DNA of 62,955 nucleotides, the filler included, from Nemertoderma westbladi (lineage: Eukaryota > Animalia > Xenacoelomorpha), in assembly GCA_032718475.1 (NCBI GenBank). It is 4 parts of 4 records of this genome, joined end to end, with 100 filler letters (N's around TTAATTAATTAA, not from the genome) between each part and the next. Parts side by side here need not be neighbours in the genome. Positions count along the whole stretch, not along the records: positions 23,153 to 41,745 come from JAUCBJ010000861.1; positions 41,846 to 59,967 come from JAUCBJ010007207.1; 2 more parts are not named here. The stretch is one strand, 5' to 3'. This document shows, piece after piece, positions 38,724 to 51,843 of this stretch (position 1 is the first letter of the stretch; every line of letters begins with the position of its first letter). The notes under the pieces are model-generated. The model was not told the origin of the DNA, ran no database searches, and saw only the letters and a program-made list of their open reading frames with translations. The position numbers and the translations under genes are program-made.

Positions 38724-39469
38724 CTACTAATTAATTTAGTTCCATAAGATTTCTAATTTTTTGAAGAATTTTAATGCAAAGAATGGTTATATTTTTACAA
38801 ATTTTCTTCTTATTAAGTTTTCGAATTTTACTAAGTAGGCAGGGCTATGTTTTATTGTGCCTGGTTATGAGATTACCTAGCACAATCTGAATTTAGCATC
38901 GCTTAGCTTATTCATTGCAGCAATTAATTTATATATGTTGTGTATGAATCTGTGTAATAATGTACTGTATGTTTCAGAGATAGGGGCAGTGGGGGGGGGG
39001 GGGGGGGGGGGGGGTATTGACGCAATCCCGCCCCGCCTCCTTATATTGTTGTAATTTTGCACCGCTGAATCTACCGAGTATTCCGACCCGGAAGTCCAAC
39101 CACTCTGATTGAAGCTCACACAAACGGAGGACATGGATATCCTTGTTTGTGTTTGTAATTGACGAAATATGCCGTGAAAATCCGCGACATATATTCACGG
39201 ACGATTGTATTTGCCGCCAATGTTTAAGGTTTTCACTACAAATACAAGCAAAAAGCATTACCGGCAGGTAAGCATGCAATGACCGAACATGTAAAATGTT
39301 TTTAGACATTGTATGCAATCAGCGAACTGCGTTAATCTGGTTGGCGGATTTCGCAGAGCAAGGGATCACATGATTGGCGCCTGTTTAGGCTTCAACTTCC
39401 ATTAGTTACTGTAGATACACCTCCGTTCGTTTTATTTATCTTTCTCGCTCGCTCTCTTTGCGACTTCCC

Positions 39470-39780
39470 CATTGACCTTGGAGATGGTCTCGAGGTTTAA
39501 TCCTTTGATCCGTGGCACCTGAGGATGTGGGTTCGAGCCCAAGCAAGGGAGTTAGGAAATTTTTCATTTCGACACAAAAGGGTCAAGCAGGACTCATCTT
39601 TGTCTTGCTTGTGTAGATAATAACTGATTACCGGTACTCCTCTTTGTATAGGAGTCCCTGACAGGGTGTCCATGTTGAACTCTAACGGCTGAGGACACTG
39701 CACTGCATAAATCTCTGGGTAGCGCAATAGCACATAGAGACGAATTCTACGTCGCGTTAATTATTGTTTCAAGCACAATG
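39470..39780 (+). mobile_element. Probable tRNA-derived SINE
   Basis: A-box-like tggtctcgagg (about 39485) and B-box ggttcgagccc (about 39530); no full cloverleaf; boundaries approximate. Confidence 0.5.
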
Positions 39781-41745
39781 AACACATCTACAACCAGACA
39801 GCAGACACTATATAAGGGTGATGAGACGGTGAGATGAGACGGTGTCTAATCTTGACACTGGAACAGAGCCGCCTCCGCTTCGCATCACATTCTTGGTCTG
39901 CGGGTCCGTGAGGACCAACCTGTACCAGCCAACTGGAGAGTGGACCGTCCTTGACCTTCTTTAAACGCTGTACAGTGGCCTTGAAGATATGGATAATCTC
40001 TCGGATTTATTGCGGCGACGCAATCTTTTCGATAAGACCACATAGCATTCTTAATGCAAGCTGCGATACTCGATGCAGCATTCTGATTGTGGATTGTGTG
40101 GTGGCAGTGTAATTTTGAGCAATTTCAGACAGATTTTAGATCTAATAGACTTAACTGTAAAAGTGAAAACTGACTTCGGAAATGAAATCAGCGACCAAGA
40201 AAAAAACCACAACTAAAAAGTTTTAGCTTGGTGGTATGCTATGATATCCTTATATATTGACAGACATATCGTCGGACGGACAGACAGACAGACAGAGACA
40301 AAATAGTTTTTGTTAAAAGTGAAAACTGACATTTAAATTGAAATCAGCGACCAGGAAAACCCCCATCAAACACCCCTCAAAAAAACCTTCAGAAACACAA
40401 TCCCAGACTGACAGTTTTCTTTTCCCCGAGAGTAAGGTTAACATTATCACTCAAATGTCACAACTTTAACTACATTAGCTATTAACATATGGTGAAGTTT
40501 TGAGATCCTCATAAAAATCGGCACCAGGTCCAGGTGTGATTGAAAATGAAAAATCGACTTTTTTTAATTAGTCACCCCCCCCCCCCCCCCCCGCCCCCTA
40601 ATGCTATGTAATTAATATTAGGCCCCTATTATACTAGTAATGTCATGGAAATTACTTTGAAATGTAATACGAACATTAATTTTAGTTACATTACTTGTAA
40701 AACTAGTACTAGACGTATTTTTATTAACGATTAATTATTGCATTGAGTAGCAGTTACAATGGTAACAAGGAGAAAACTAGTGCAATTTATATTATCTCCC
40801 GTGCAATGTCGCTTTACATTGTTTAAATATAAATACTATAATCTTATTCCTTGTTGTTTTATCTTCTCTTAGTAAAACTTCGAAATCGTCGCCAATAAGT
40901 CAAACTATGGTAAGCAGGAAAACGCTTGTAGCTAAAGTATGAAAGCAAAAATTAAAATAATAGCCCACCCAGCAAGGAGGAGATAGGGAGATTGGTGGAA
41001 AAAAAAAATTTTTTTTGGGGGGGGTGGGGGGGCTGGGGGCAGGTACCAGAATAACGACACTATCTGAAAGGCGTACTCTAAAACGGAACTCAATATCCAG
41101 TAGTGGTTTATGTAGTTAAGCGGCTCTCTAGTTACGTAATAAATATTAATGCAGCATCAGGAGTTGAAGAGTACAGTAATTTTAATTGCAGTAACTATGG
41201 AAGCAATATAGTAAAATAGAGAACATTTTTTTTCAATATTTCTAAACCCTTTATTAACCTCGCTGTCGTTCGGTAATTAAAATGCCTCGAGAGTAGTGAA
41301 AAAAGTTTAACTTTTTTTCCCATGCAATAAATATTTATAATTAACTTTTGTAAAAGAAATAGTTATTATAAAGAATGTTATTTGAAAAATTCGCTTTCGC
41401 TCACATTAATTTATGAACAACAGCGAAAGAAAGCAATGAGTTTGCTCACTGCTGATAAATTATTTCACTATTGTACTGATATAATGACTTCACACTAAAT
41501 TAGTTATATTTTTAGTGAAAATAAGTAAACGTTCCTGCACTGTTTCAGTAAGTAAGATGATAATTAATTTGTTTATTGGTAATAAATATTAAAAAATGTA
41601 ATTATTTGTATAAGAGACAAATTTTTTATTAATCGATTTCTTATGCAAATAGTTTTTCTAAATTAATATAAATTTAAGATAACATTAGATGCGTAACGCA
41701 AAGGTTTTTCTCATTTTTAAAAAAGGAGAAGAAAGTTAGTCATAA

Positions 41746-41845
41746 NNNNNNNNNNNNNNNNNNNNNNNNNNNNNNNNNNNNNNNNNNNNTTAATTAATTA
41801 ANNNNNNNNNNNNNNNNNNNNNNNNNNNNNNNNNNNNNNNNNNNN
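41746..41845. other. Artificial assembly linker
   Basis: N44-TTAATTAATTAA-N44. Confidence 0.97.
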
Positions 41846-41934
41846 CTACATATACGTTAGTACAGTATTTAGTGTTATAAATAAATAACATTACAACGAA
41901 ATTGCAATCAAATAGCGAAGTTTTTACATGTTAA

Positions 41935-44900
41935 TTACATTAACCGCCAAAAAGACAAAACAGCCTCTGTGTCCTTGTACAGAGATGTGATATTATTAAA
42001 ACTTCCAGTAATATTGTGACCATAATTTGTGCCAGCGCATCGAAACATATGGTGCTCTTCATCATCTATCTCCGTAGGGCATAGGTTGCAGAAGCATAGC
42101 TGTCTGGGTACCGAACGCCAGCGCCCGAGTTCAACTTGTAGACAATGAGAGCCAAGTCTAAACTGGAGGCACTTTTTGTGCGCTGTGCTCCATACGTTGT
42201 CATTTAAAAGAGAGCTTCTTGTTAATGTCGGATTGAACTTTAGATATGTTCTGAACTTAGTCCCCTTATTTGGCTGAGAGTTATTTGCTTGCGTTTGAAC
42301 ATATATACGCACACCGTCTAAAAAGTTGTTTGTAGTAATTTCTTTATTTTCTAGAGATTTATAGTGACAAGCATACGGAATTTTCATGTCTATAGCGTCA
42401 TTTATTAATTTATTTAGTATCGGTTGGTTTTCACTATTCCGAACACGGAGCCAGAAAGCTTTTTGTCTCTTTTGAATGGTTGTGTTGATATCAGCCATCG
42501 TACTTAATTCGCAATAAATAAGCTTGGACGGTGTAGTCGTCCTCACTCCCACAAGAGATTTCAGAGCATACTCGTAATCACTTTGAAATTTACCCATTTT
42601 TGCGTCTCCAAATACTTCACAGTTATACAGAACACTGCTAATGACACAGGATTCTAAAACTCGTTCCTTTATTCGGAACGGTAGAAGGAAATTCTCACGT
42701 AGAAAGTTCGTGAATTTGATGTAATTCTTAAAACTGTCACGTCGCTGCACTTCAATATCATTGGTCACACTACCGGTGTTTGTTATAATGGTGCCAAGAT
42801 ATCTGTACTTATCGGAGCATTTAATGACGCCATCGAGCAATGGCAGTGGATGGGTGTCTTCATCTGTTCTAGAATTTATGCATATAAATTCGCATTTAGA
42901 CGGTTGCATAGTTATTGCATTTCGAGTGCAGTAAGTGCATACTGCCTGCAGTTTCTTTGTGGCCATATCACGACTCGTAGCTAGGATAATCGTATCGTCA
43001 GCGTGTGCCAGGGTGTGTATCAACTCTAAGAATCCATCAGTCCCAATAACTTCTTTGATGTACTTAATCAAGTCATTAACGTACACTAGGAATAATATTA
43101 CAGAACTGGCCGCACCTTGTTTTATGCCAGATTTCAATTGGAACTCGCTGGAGAAGTCATTATTGAAAAACACTACTCCTTTAGATAGGTGGTACATTGC
43201 TGCGATCGCGGCCAACATGACAGACCCAATACCAATAACCATTAGTTTTTTTATTAATATTGATCGGGAAATTCGGTCAAAGGCACCTTCATAATCAAGG
43301 AATATAATGTATAATTTGGATGAGCGTTTCTTTGCAATTTCAATTAGAATTCTCACTATAAAAACGTTATCTGCACAGCTACGTTTTGTTTGATACGCAG
43401 TTTGTTCCTCGGCTGGTTGGAACCATTTCGTAAGACGCTTACATATAATGAAGTCATAGAGTTTAGATAACAGATATATCAGCGTAATTGGGCGGTAGTT
43501 CTTCGGTAGGTAGGATGCACCTTTCTTGAATATGGCGCATATGTGTGACGTCATCCATCTAGTTGGATATGAGGCGTTAACAAATATACAATTAAATAGC
43601 ATGACAATGATAAGAATTAATGTATACGGCGCATTTTGTAGCATCTGTGGACACCATCCATCGGCACTTGATTTGTTTTTTAGTTTATTTAGAGCCTCCT
43701 GAACTTCTTCAGCATCAATATGTCCATCTAATTCTGGGATGAAATTTGTGTAACCTTGCGTAGCCAGGCGAATGTCATCATCGTCCCTGCCAGTATCACA
43801 CTTCGTTGCTAAGTGATTAGCAATAACTTCTGCTGACGGTGCATCTTCGGCTGTACATTTTTTGGTGTCCAGTTTACCCTTCCAATTGAGCTTTCTCCAC
43901 AGTTCTTTAGAATCATTTTGCTCAATCAACGATAACCATATTTGGGAGACATTAGTATTGTGTAGAGCGGTATCATTAACAACTGGTAAATGTTCTGTTT
44001 GTTCTAACTCTGTCTGTCTATGTTGTCTCGGTACTTTCGAGATTGATGCACAAGATGTGACGAGTGACTCGATAGAATTCACTGTTGAGTCGATTGAGTC
44101 GGGAGTGACAGAAGGGATGGTTGAAATTTTTCCTTCCATTAACGTTTTATATAGACCCCAGTTTATTTCACTTGAAACGAATCGTTTAGTTCTGCTGTTA
44201 GAAATCCCCATAGTGGTGTTTATGTCAATTGAACACGATTTAACGGCGAATATACTGTTGTCATACAACGAATAATCCAGCGTAATAGGGCTGTGATCAG
44301 AAGGAGTGGGAGTATTTATCACTGAAAAGCTCTCAACATTATTCAGTGCTGCATTATTGACAATCGCGAGATCAACTTGAGACTTTTTTCCACCACGGGA
44401 GAAGGTGAAATTTCCATCACACACCAGTTTACCATATTGGAGATTGTTAAGAATAGCACTATCTGTTCCGTCCAGAGTGTCTAGTAAAATATTTCCATGA
44501 GAGTTTATGATGCTATCTGGATTTCTAGAATAATCTGTGGCTGATATATTTGTACGGGGTTTTCCAACTCGGGAGTTGAGATCGCCACCTATGATTAAAG
44601 CATATCCTTTCAGGTTCGCCTCATTAATTATATTAGACATACATGCAAAATTGTCCATGCTAAAGTAGCGGGATTCAGATGGGGGCACGTACATTCCAGC
44701 TATCCAAACATCGGCAAACTTACATACAATAATATCCGGGTTTGAAGAATCGATAGATACCAATAGTTTTTTCATATCATCAGTCATTAAAACGGTGACA
44801 CCACCTCGAGGAGATCGAGTAGGTAATGTATATGGGTGGTGTATGCTATGAAATCCATTTGTTAGTAATTGTTGTCCCTCGGTGAGATGAGTTTCACTAA

Positions 44901-45060
44901 GGAATACAAGGTCAAACTTCTGTAACCACCGTGTAGTTCTACTAGTGCTTATTCTGCTATCTAAAATATGATATAGTCCATTAATGTTCCAGAAAGTAAT
45001 CGAAATCCTAGAGATGCCAGTGAACCTACAATTTAAAAAACCTGCGTTGCGGACTTGATA
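41935..45060 (-). mobile_element. LINE ORF2: APE endonuclease, RT, C-terminal CCHC (RTEX/Proto2-like; clade uncertain)
   Basis: FWNING, FLSETH, GDLNSR, SQVDL, SDHSPI, NYRPITL, DYEGAFD, GIKQG, HADD, YRYLG, FRLGSH...GRW...CNLC...HHMFRC; frame open from 45060 with no ATG until 44787. Confidence 0.92.
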
Positions 45061-45929
45061 TTATCAACTTCCACATCGTTTAGCAGTAATTTCCCTTTGT
45101 ATATCCGGACTCTATCCTGTGGATTTTGATTGCGAAGTTCGCGTGCCTTCTTCCTGATTCTAAACGATTCGGCGCGTTCCGTCTTCGTTTGGTCTGCGTT
45201 CATATAAACCCGGAGGTTGTTTCCAACGTTCTTGAGCTCCTTTGCTCTTCCCAACGTTTTGTTACGGGCCTCTGGGTTTTTGAATTCCACCAGGATTGGA
45301 CGCGCGTTACTTCCAGGTTTACCAATGCGTTGAAAGTTGAAGGATTGAACTGGGCAATTCATGACGGTTTGTAGGAGATAACACAGCTTAAGGTGATCGT
45401 CATCCGTTTGCGCTTGGCTTTCTACCTCCATTGATCCCTCCGGGACGCCAGTAACAATCATTCGACGCATCCTTTTGTTTCGATCCTCCTTCGCCATATA
45501 AGTAGTTAAGTTGTTAACTGTCGTTTCTAGAGCTTGGTTTTTATGGGCCAAGTCGTTATTAGTCGCTTCTAGCGAGGCCACCTTGGTAGCCAGAGTTTCC
45601 GAATCATTCTGCAACGTTGAGATCTCGTTTCGTAGGCTTGTGATTTCATCACGAACCCCTTTTACAACCCTGTCGGAAATTGCCTTGGTAAGCTCCGCGA
45701 GAGTCATGTTCCCAACTGTTTGTATGTTATTGGCCGGATTTTCAACAGGCAACATCTGTGACAAATTCAGCATCGTCGTAGTGTTAATGTTATTACTGGT
45801 GGGAGTTTCATCATCACTTAGAATATCGGTCGTGATGTTCATCATGTTGATGAGCTCGTCCTTCGGTATGCGTTTCTGTTGGGTTGCACTCAAACGCTTA
45901 AACTCGCTCATGCTGATTTTGCTTGCCAT
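45033..45929 (-). mobile_element. LINE ORF1: coiled coil plus RRM-like domain (likely start MASKIS)
   Basis: Heptad region followed by IVTGVPE...RIGK...RPILVEF...VYMNADQTKTER, typical of LINE ORF1; directly upstream of ORF2. Confidence 0.85.
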
Positions 45930-46639
45930 ATCCAGATATCGTGTAAATTGTGCTGTCTGGCTGTAGATAGTGGATAATAGATAATGGATAACGGAAAGAA
46001 AAACCGAATTGAAACTTTTAATTACTAATAATAATTGTGGTGAGAGGTGATTGGAAATCAAGCTTATATGTTATGTTATGGTAGGCACAGGCAAATGAAT
46101 TGATGTCTGTTGAGATGTATTTAAGGAGCACTATTCCTTCTACAAGACTACTACAGTTGTGTCCTTGTGTGCTAGCCTAGGCACTGGCTTGGTCAATGAC
46201 TTCAGCTTGCCATGTTAGTAATGTACAACTTCAAGAAATATTATTGGGCACGGCTGCCCTTGCCATGCTTAGGCTATATGGGGGGGAATGGAATCAGCGT
46301 ATGAATTTACAATGTTAATTATGTTTATATCAATGAAAAATACCTTTATTAATGCAAATCACTTGAAAAAATAAAAAACTATAATGGAATGGGGTACATG
46401 GATTCCAGATATCTAATTTCTGTGCAAAATAACTTTAATCGTATGGTGCTAAATAATTAATTTCCATGGAGAGACCGTTCAAAATGACTCAACCATACAA
46501 TTTAGCTGAAGATATTAATTTAGATTATGGCTTCCGACATTTATGGCTTCCGACACACACACACACACAGACTTTTGAAAAACGGCCAGAGTATAATTAT
46601 ATCAGTTCGCTGATGGCTCGCCATTCGTGTCTCGCCCCA

Positions 46640-47612
46640 CAAAATATAATTATTATTGTTGTAATAAATTAGGCGCCTAAGCAGGGTAGCCTAATAAGTA
46701 ATAACGAATGATAACCCAATAGTTGTCAATGTTGAGCAGACAGCTCTCTCAATTGGACGGATCCATCACGGATGTTGGACGGATCCATCATGGATGTCCT
46801 TATTTCTCACACGTGTTTCCGTGTTTGTTTGTTTGTTCACACAACTTCTTGCACTTAATGTTGATGAAATTGGATGAAATTTTAATGATAGGTTCATTAT
46901 CGGACCTAGTTATGTATGCAAAGTCTTGGTTGCGAGTGACCTTTTGGTTGCCTAGCAACAGTGAAATTAATTCTAGAATGACCGATCATAATCGTAGAAT
47001 TCACTCAATCAAAATTCTGTCGACACCCCATAGGATAGGGAGCACCTATTGGACATGCTTTATGCAAAATTTCGCTTTATTTCGTTTAGAATTGTAGGAG
47101 AAGATATATTTCTAACAAAAAGTGTTTTTTTAACATCTACAATATTTTATGCTATATTATACTACTGTATTATCATACTGGCTAGCCAATCCCGAATATC
47201 GTTGCCAAGACAACATCCTATTGGAGCTTTAGTGTGGAGGTAAGTAACAGTGTAATTGAGAGAGCTGTCTGCTCCACATTGACAACTATTGTGTTCTCAT
47301 TCGTTATTACTTATTAGGCTGCCCTGCTTATGCGCGTAATTCATTACAACAAACAATAAAATAATAATTGTGTTGTACAGACGGCACTTTGCCCAATTCT
47401 ACGATTACGATCGGTAATTCTACAATTAATTTCACTGTGCCAGGCAACCAGCAGGTCCCTCGCAACCAAAACCTTGCATACACAACTATGGCCGATAATG
47501 AATCTATCATCAAAAGTTTCATCCAATTACATCAACATTAAGTGCAAGAACACAAAACAAACAAACAAACACGCGTGAGAAATAAGGACATCCATGATGG
47601 ATCCGTCCAATT
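46640..47612. repeat. Cluster of non-autonomous repeat fragments forming interleaved inverted repeats (Helentron/DINE-like)
   Basis: 46681-46754 inverted at 47255-47327; 46779-47001 inverted at 47395-47612; gttt microsatellite. Confidence 0.65.
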
Positions 47613-47644
47613 GTTGTTCGCTGAAGGATCTTTATTCAATTTAA

Positions 47645-48370
47645 GGGGGGGTACACCATTTTCGGACAACTCTTCGATTTATCACTCTCAGCGTTTCAAA
47701 ATTGTTTGGTTTTGGCTAAAATTTGGCATATAGGTGCCTAAGTTGCTATTCTACATGACAGGTCAGAATTTTTTTTTTTTCGCTATTTAATATTAGTTAA
47801 TACTAGTTAACAACAAAAAAAACTTGGTTGCGCTTAAAACCCTAAGGCTTTTACAGTTTTGAACCTAATCACATAAAAGTTTTTTTATATGATAGATCAA
47901 AGATGGGGCAACATAACTATCAGGCGAAATGTTGTTAAAATAATTCTGCACCGCTAGGTGGCGCTGCAAATTTATGCAAATTTTTAGGTTTTTTATAAAT
48001 AGTATTAAATTTATTAACAAAAAATTTCGAAAAGTTGTCTGATACTTTTATGCAGGGTGGCTATCTAGACACCCACAGTAAGTTTCAGACTAATTACTCA
48101 AAAATTGTAGAAGTAGTAGGGTTTTGAAGTTGACAATTTCATGAAAAAAATATTTGGAGATAATCGACCTTTCATTATACATAGTAATAGTAATTTCAAT
48201 AGGATTCCCTAAATGGAAATTTACATAACTTGAAAACTAAAAGAGCTATTAAATAGCGGTTTTCAAATTTGGAAACACCATTCAATGGTGCATTATAATA
48301 GACCATAAAAAAAATTTCGACATATTTTGGACCAAAATGGTGTACCCCCCCCCCCCCCCCCCACTTCCCC
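47645..48370. mobile_element. TTAA-flanked MITE (Kolobok-like)
   Basis: TTAA|gggggggtacaccatttt ... aaaatggtgtacccccc...cccc|TTAA. Confidence 0.7.
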
Positions 48371-48429
48371 TTAATAAAAATACACAATGGTCTGGAATAT
48401 TTAGTTTATGTATGTGTAGCTACGCAATA

Positions 48430-50441
48430 GGCTCATTCCATGAAAAGGTCAACCTCCCCACTAATTTCTAAAAATGAGATGTAGCTTTGAATTTATACTT
48501 ATTTTAGGTCAAAATTTATCGTACTTCATGAATTCAGTGCTAAAAATTGTATCAACACAGGTGGTTTATCAAAAATAGTCGAATTACAAATTATGCACCT
48601 GGTCTGCACAAAATGTGAATAAAAGTGTGCAAAAGTTTCGTTTCCTGTAGGCACTTCCTACGACCAATAAATTAACATTTCTGAGCATGTACCAAATAAA
48701 AAACAAACCCATTTTCGAATTTTTTTGGTTTTATTTAATTTCACCAGTGTTTCGTTCCTCTGTAATGAAATCGATAAAGTTAATCTTGTGATGTCCCATA
48801 CTTTACCTAAAATAGTGAAATTTTTAGTTTATTCACAGAGATGTAACTCAGCCTAATCACCCAGTGGAATGCAAAGCACGTTTGTGTTGCGTCATCGTAT
48901 AAAACAATTAGTTTCATCTTCACTCCCTCAGAAATATCATGGCGGCCAATTGAAAATTGTCCCATACTTTACCATCAAAATGGCGATTATATTAGTGCAC
49001 TGTATTAATGTAATATGTGAAGCCATGAGTGTTATAATACTCTAAGGTCATAGTCGGCCGTAAGAATAGGAGTCTATATTTGAACTGAGAATCATTCCTC
49101 AGTCAAGAAATCCTTGGGTTTATGCATGTAAAGTCCCATACTTTACCAAAAAATAGTGAAATTTTTAATTTATACACAGAGAAGTAGTCTAACTCAGCCA
49201 AATCACCCAGTGGAATGCAAAGCACGTTTGTGTTGCGTCATCTTAAGAAACAATTACCTGTAGTTTCATAATCTACTCCCTCAGAAACATCATAACGGCC
49301 AATTGAAAATTGTCCCATACTTTACCATTATAATGGCGATTACATTAGTGCACTGTATTAATGTAATATATGAAACCTGGAGGGCAGGAGTGTTATTAAT
49401 GCTTTAGGGTGATAGTAGGGGGAAGCATAGAAGTATGTATTTGAACTAAGAATCATTCCTCAATTAACTAATCTTTGAGTTTATGCATGTAAAGTCCCGT
49501 ACTTTACAACAAATTTCAAAAAATTTAGTTTTTTTAGCAGATAAGAAGATCGTTAAGTACAGTAATTGATACATTTTCAGAAAAATGGAAAGAAATTCTA
49601 AACTTTTTACAGACTACATACCAAGTTTGGTTATATTTCATCAATGATTGGCGGACTTATTTCGGTTTTTATCAAAATTTTGAAACTATCGGTACCAACA
49701 GACAGACTGTCTGATATGTGACCTTTGATTCCTTAAACTTCAGATTCTTTCCAAACTTTTGACAGACTTCATACGTACCAGGTTTGGTTTAATTTCATCT
49801 AAAAATGACCGAGATATACAGTATTAGCGATCAAAAATTAGACAGATGACATACAACTCCTAAGGGCAACCATATGCTAAGACTTCGGGTCAATTTGTGG
49901 GTCGCCCCACATTTTTGCATCCATATCTTGGTTGGAAATACTTAGTTGCACTTTATTATCACTAATTATCCAGAAATTACTGTTAGGTTAAGTGTAAGAG
50001 ACCATTTTGACCATAAAATTCGTACAGGTCCCGTACTTTACTTAGCAATGTCCCATACTTTACCACACAAACCACACTGTAAAAAATTAGCAATGCAGCA
50101 ATTCGTCTTATATTTATATTTTTATTTAAGCTTAATAATATAGCTTTATCCTAAACATCAACTCAACACCGTACCTGCGCACAATTCGCTAAATTTTAGA
50201 ATTGAAATCATAAATTAAAAAATACCATTTCGTACGAATCCGTACTTTACCTTAATTGGACAAGCTGGCGTTTTCTCAAAAGTGACTAAGTCCCGCCATA
50301 AGCTTCGCGAAATCAAAGCTGATATTCGAAAGTTTAATCCAAGCACAATTTTGAGCACATATGTGCTGTGGATAACATTGTACAGGCAATCAAAGTTCAA
50401 AATTGTATACGAATGTCCCGTACTTTACTTTGGAATGAGCC
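48430..50441. mobile_element. Non-autonomous TIR element with 4-bp TSD (Sola-like) and internal duplication of about 340-360 bp
   Basis: aata|ggctcattcca ... tggaatgagcc|aata; repeated tccc(a/g)tactttac motif; about 48790-49140 repeated at about 49130-49505. Confidence 0.7.
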
Positions 50442-51475
50442 AATAGAGATACTGCATAGGCATAACCGTTCTACCCACCTACTCATAAATAAAACACGTT
50501 CTAGTATTTTGTGTATTTAAAATTATTAAATATAATTAATGGCAATCTTTCAATGCAATCTTGCAATCTTTGAACGCTTATATCTCAGCTGTTTCTCAAC
50601 GAAATTCAAACATTGTTACATATTTTGAGTCCTTGTTGTAATGCAAGCGTTCTAATGATATGAAAAAATTACGATTAATGTGAAGAATGGCAATGATACG
50701 GAGGGTGCGATTTCGCAAAAGACATTCTTTCAAAACGCTTATAAAAAAATTTGAAGGAAAATCCAAAATCGAAAATTCCGGCATGGGGAAATCGACGGTG
50801 AGTAGAACTGGTTTTGTATCTTTCAAATTCCAAGCAATCTGGTAAAGATTTGTAAAAAATTTTTTTTTTGGGGGGGGGGTAGGGAATTTCATAGATATTA
50901 TCCGGAAATTTCCTATTTTAATAATTTATAACGAACCTGTAAGACTGGGTAGTTTTTGCCTAATCCTTAGGCCGTAAAAACACCATGGATGTTTGTTTGT
51001 AATTATAACCACCAAATGGCTTCAAAACACTTGCATGTATTAGAAAATTTAAACGCGACTATTTATCAATCAGTATCTAGTTATTGAATAAAAAAGTTGG
51101 GAACGATTCGAAGTGCGATATTCGAAATATTTGCTTATTATCAACATTATAGAAAGCGAAATTAAATACCTACAACTACACTTTGTCAGCTGAACAACAT
51201 TTCACTATTTATTGTCAATTGGAGTTACGTACATTAATTATTTTATTATTGTTCTATCTCTATTCAGTCAGTTAGTGTAATGTCAAGCAGTACATCATTT
51301 ATATATCGTATGTATCTATAGGGCCTAATTGTCATCGTTATAATACTGTCATCAACTTAGGCTAAGCTCAATTGTAATGTAAAGGCTTAGTAGGTTTTAT
51401 ATATCTGGGACGTTTACGACAGCTGTCGATTAAACTAACAAAACCAGAAAACTGAGCCAGAGTGCCAGCCTGGTA

Positions 51476-51718
51476 GAGACAGGGGGGGAAACTGGACGCA
51501 AAACCCGCCTTGGCGAATTAATATCCCGCCTCAATGTTAAATTCTCAATTTAGGGAAAGGAGCAGGTTACAGTGGCACGATATTTTAACCAAAACAATAA
51601 ACTAAACACAATAAAACAGGTTACAGTTTTATTTTTGAGAGTATTCAGCTGTTATTTGCGTCTAATTTCCCCTGGAGAGGGATGAATTTTTATTGCGTCC
51701 AGTTTCCCCCCCTATCTG
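51476..51718. mobile_element. hAT-type MITE
   Basis: TIR agggggggaaactggacgcaa / ttgcgtccagtttccccccct; 8-bp TSD gcctggta. Confidence 0.88.
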
Positions 51719-51843
51719 GCCTGGTACCACCAGCCAGCTGTTGGGTAGAGACTTACAGAGGCTTGTACATTATATTGGTTGCTTCCGATGTTTTTTATTA
51801 GTATTAGGCTGACTGAGAACGTATTAGGTAGAAATTATTTATT

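Noticed and set aside
39485-39550. tRNA gene
   Set aside because: A/B boxes present but no acceptor stem or cloverleaf; better explained as a SINE head
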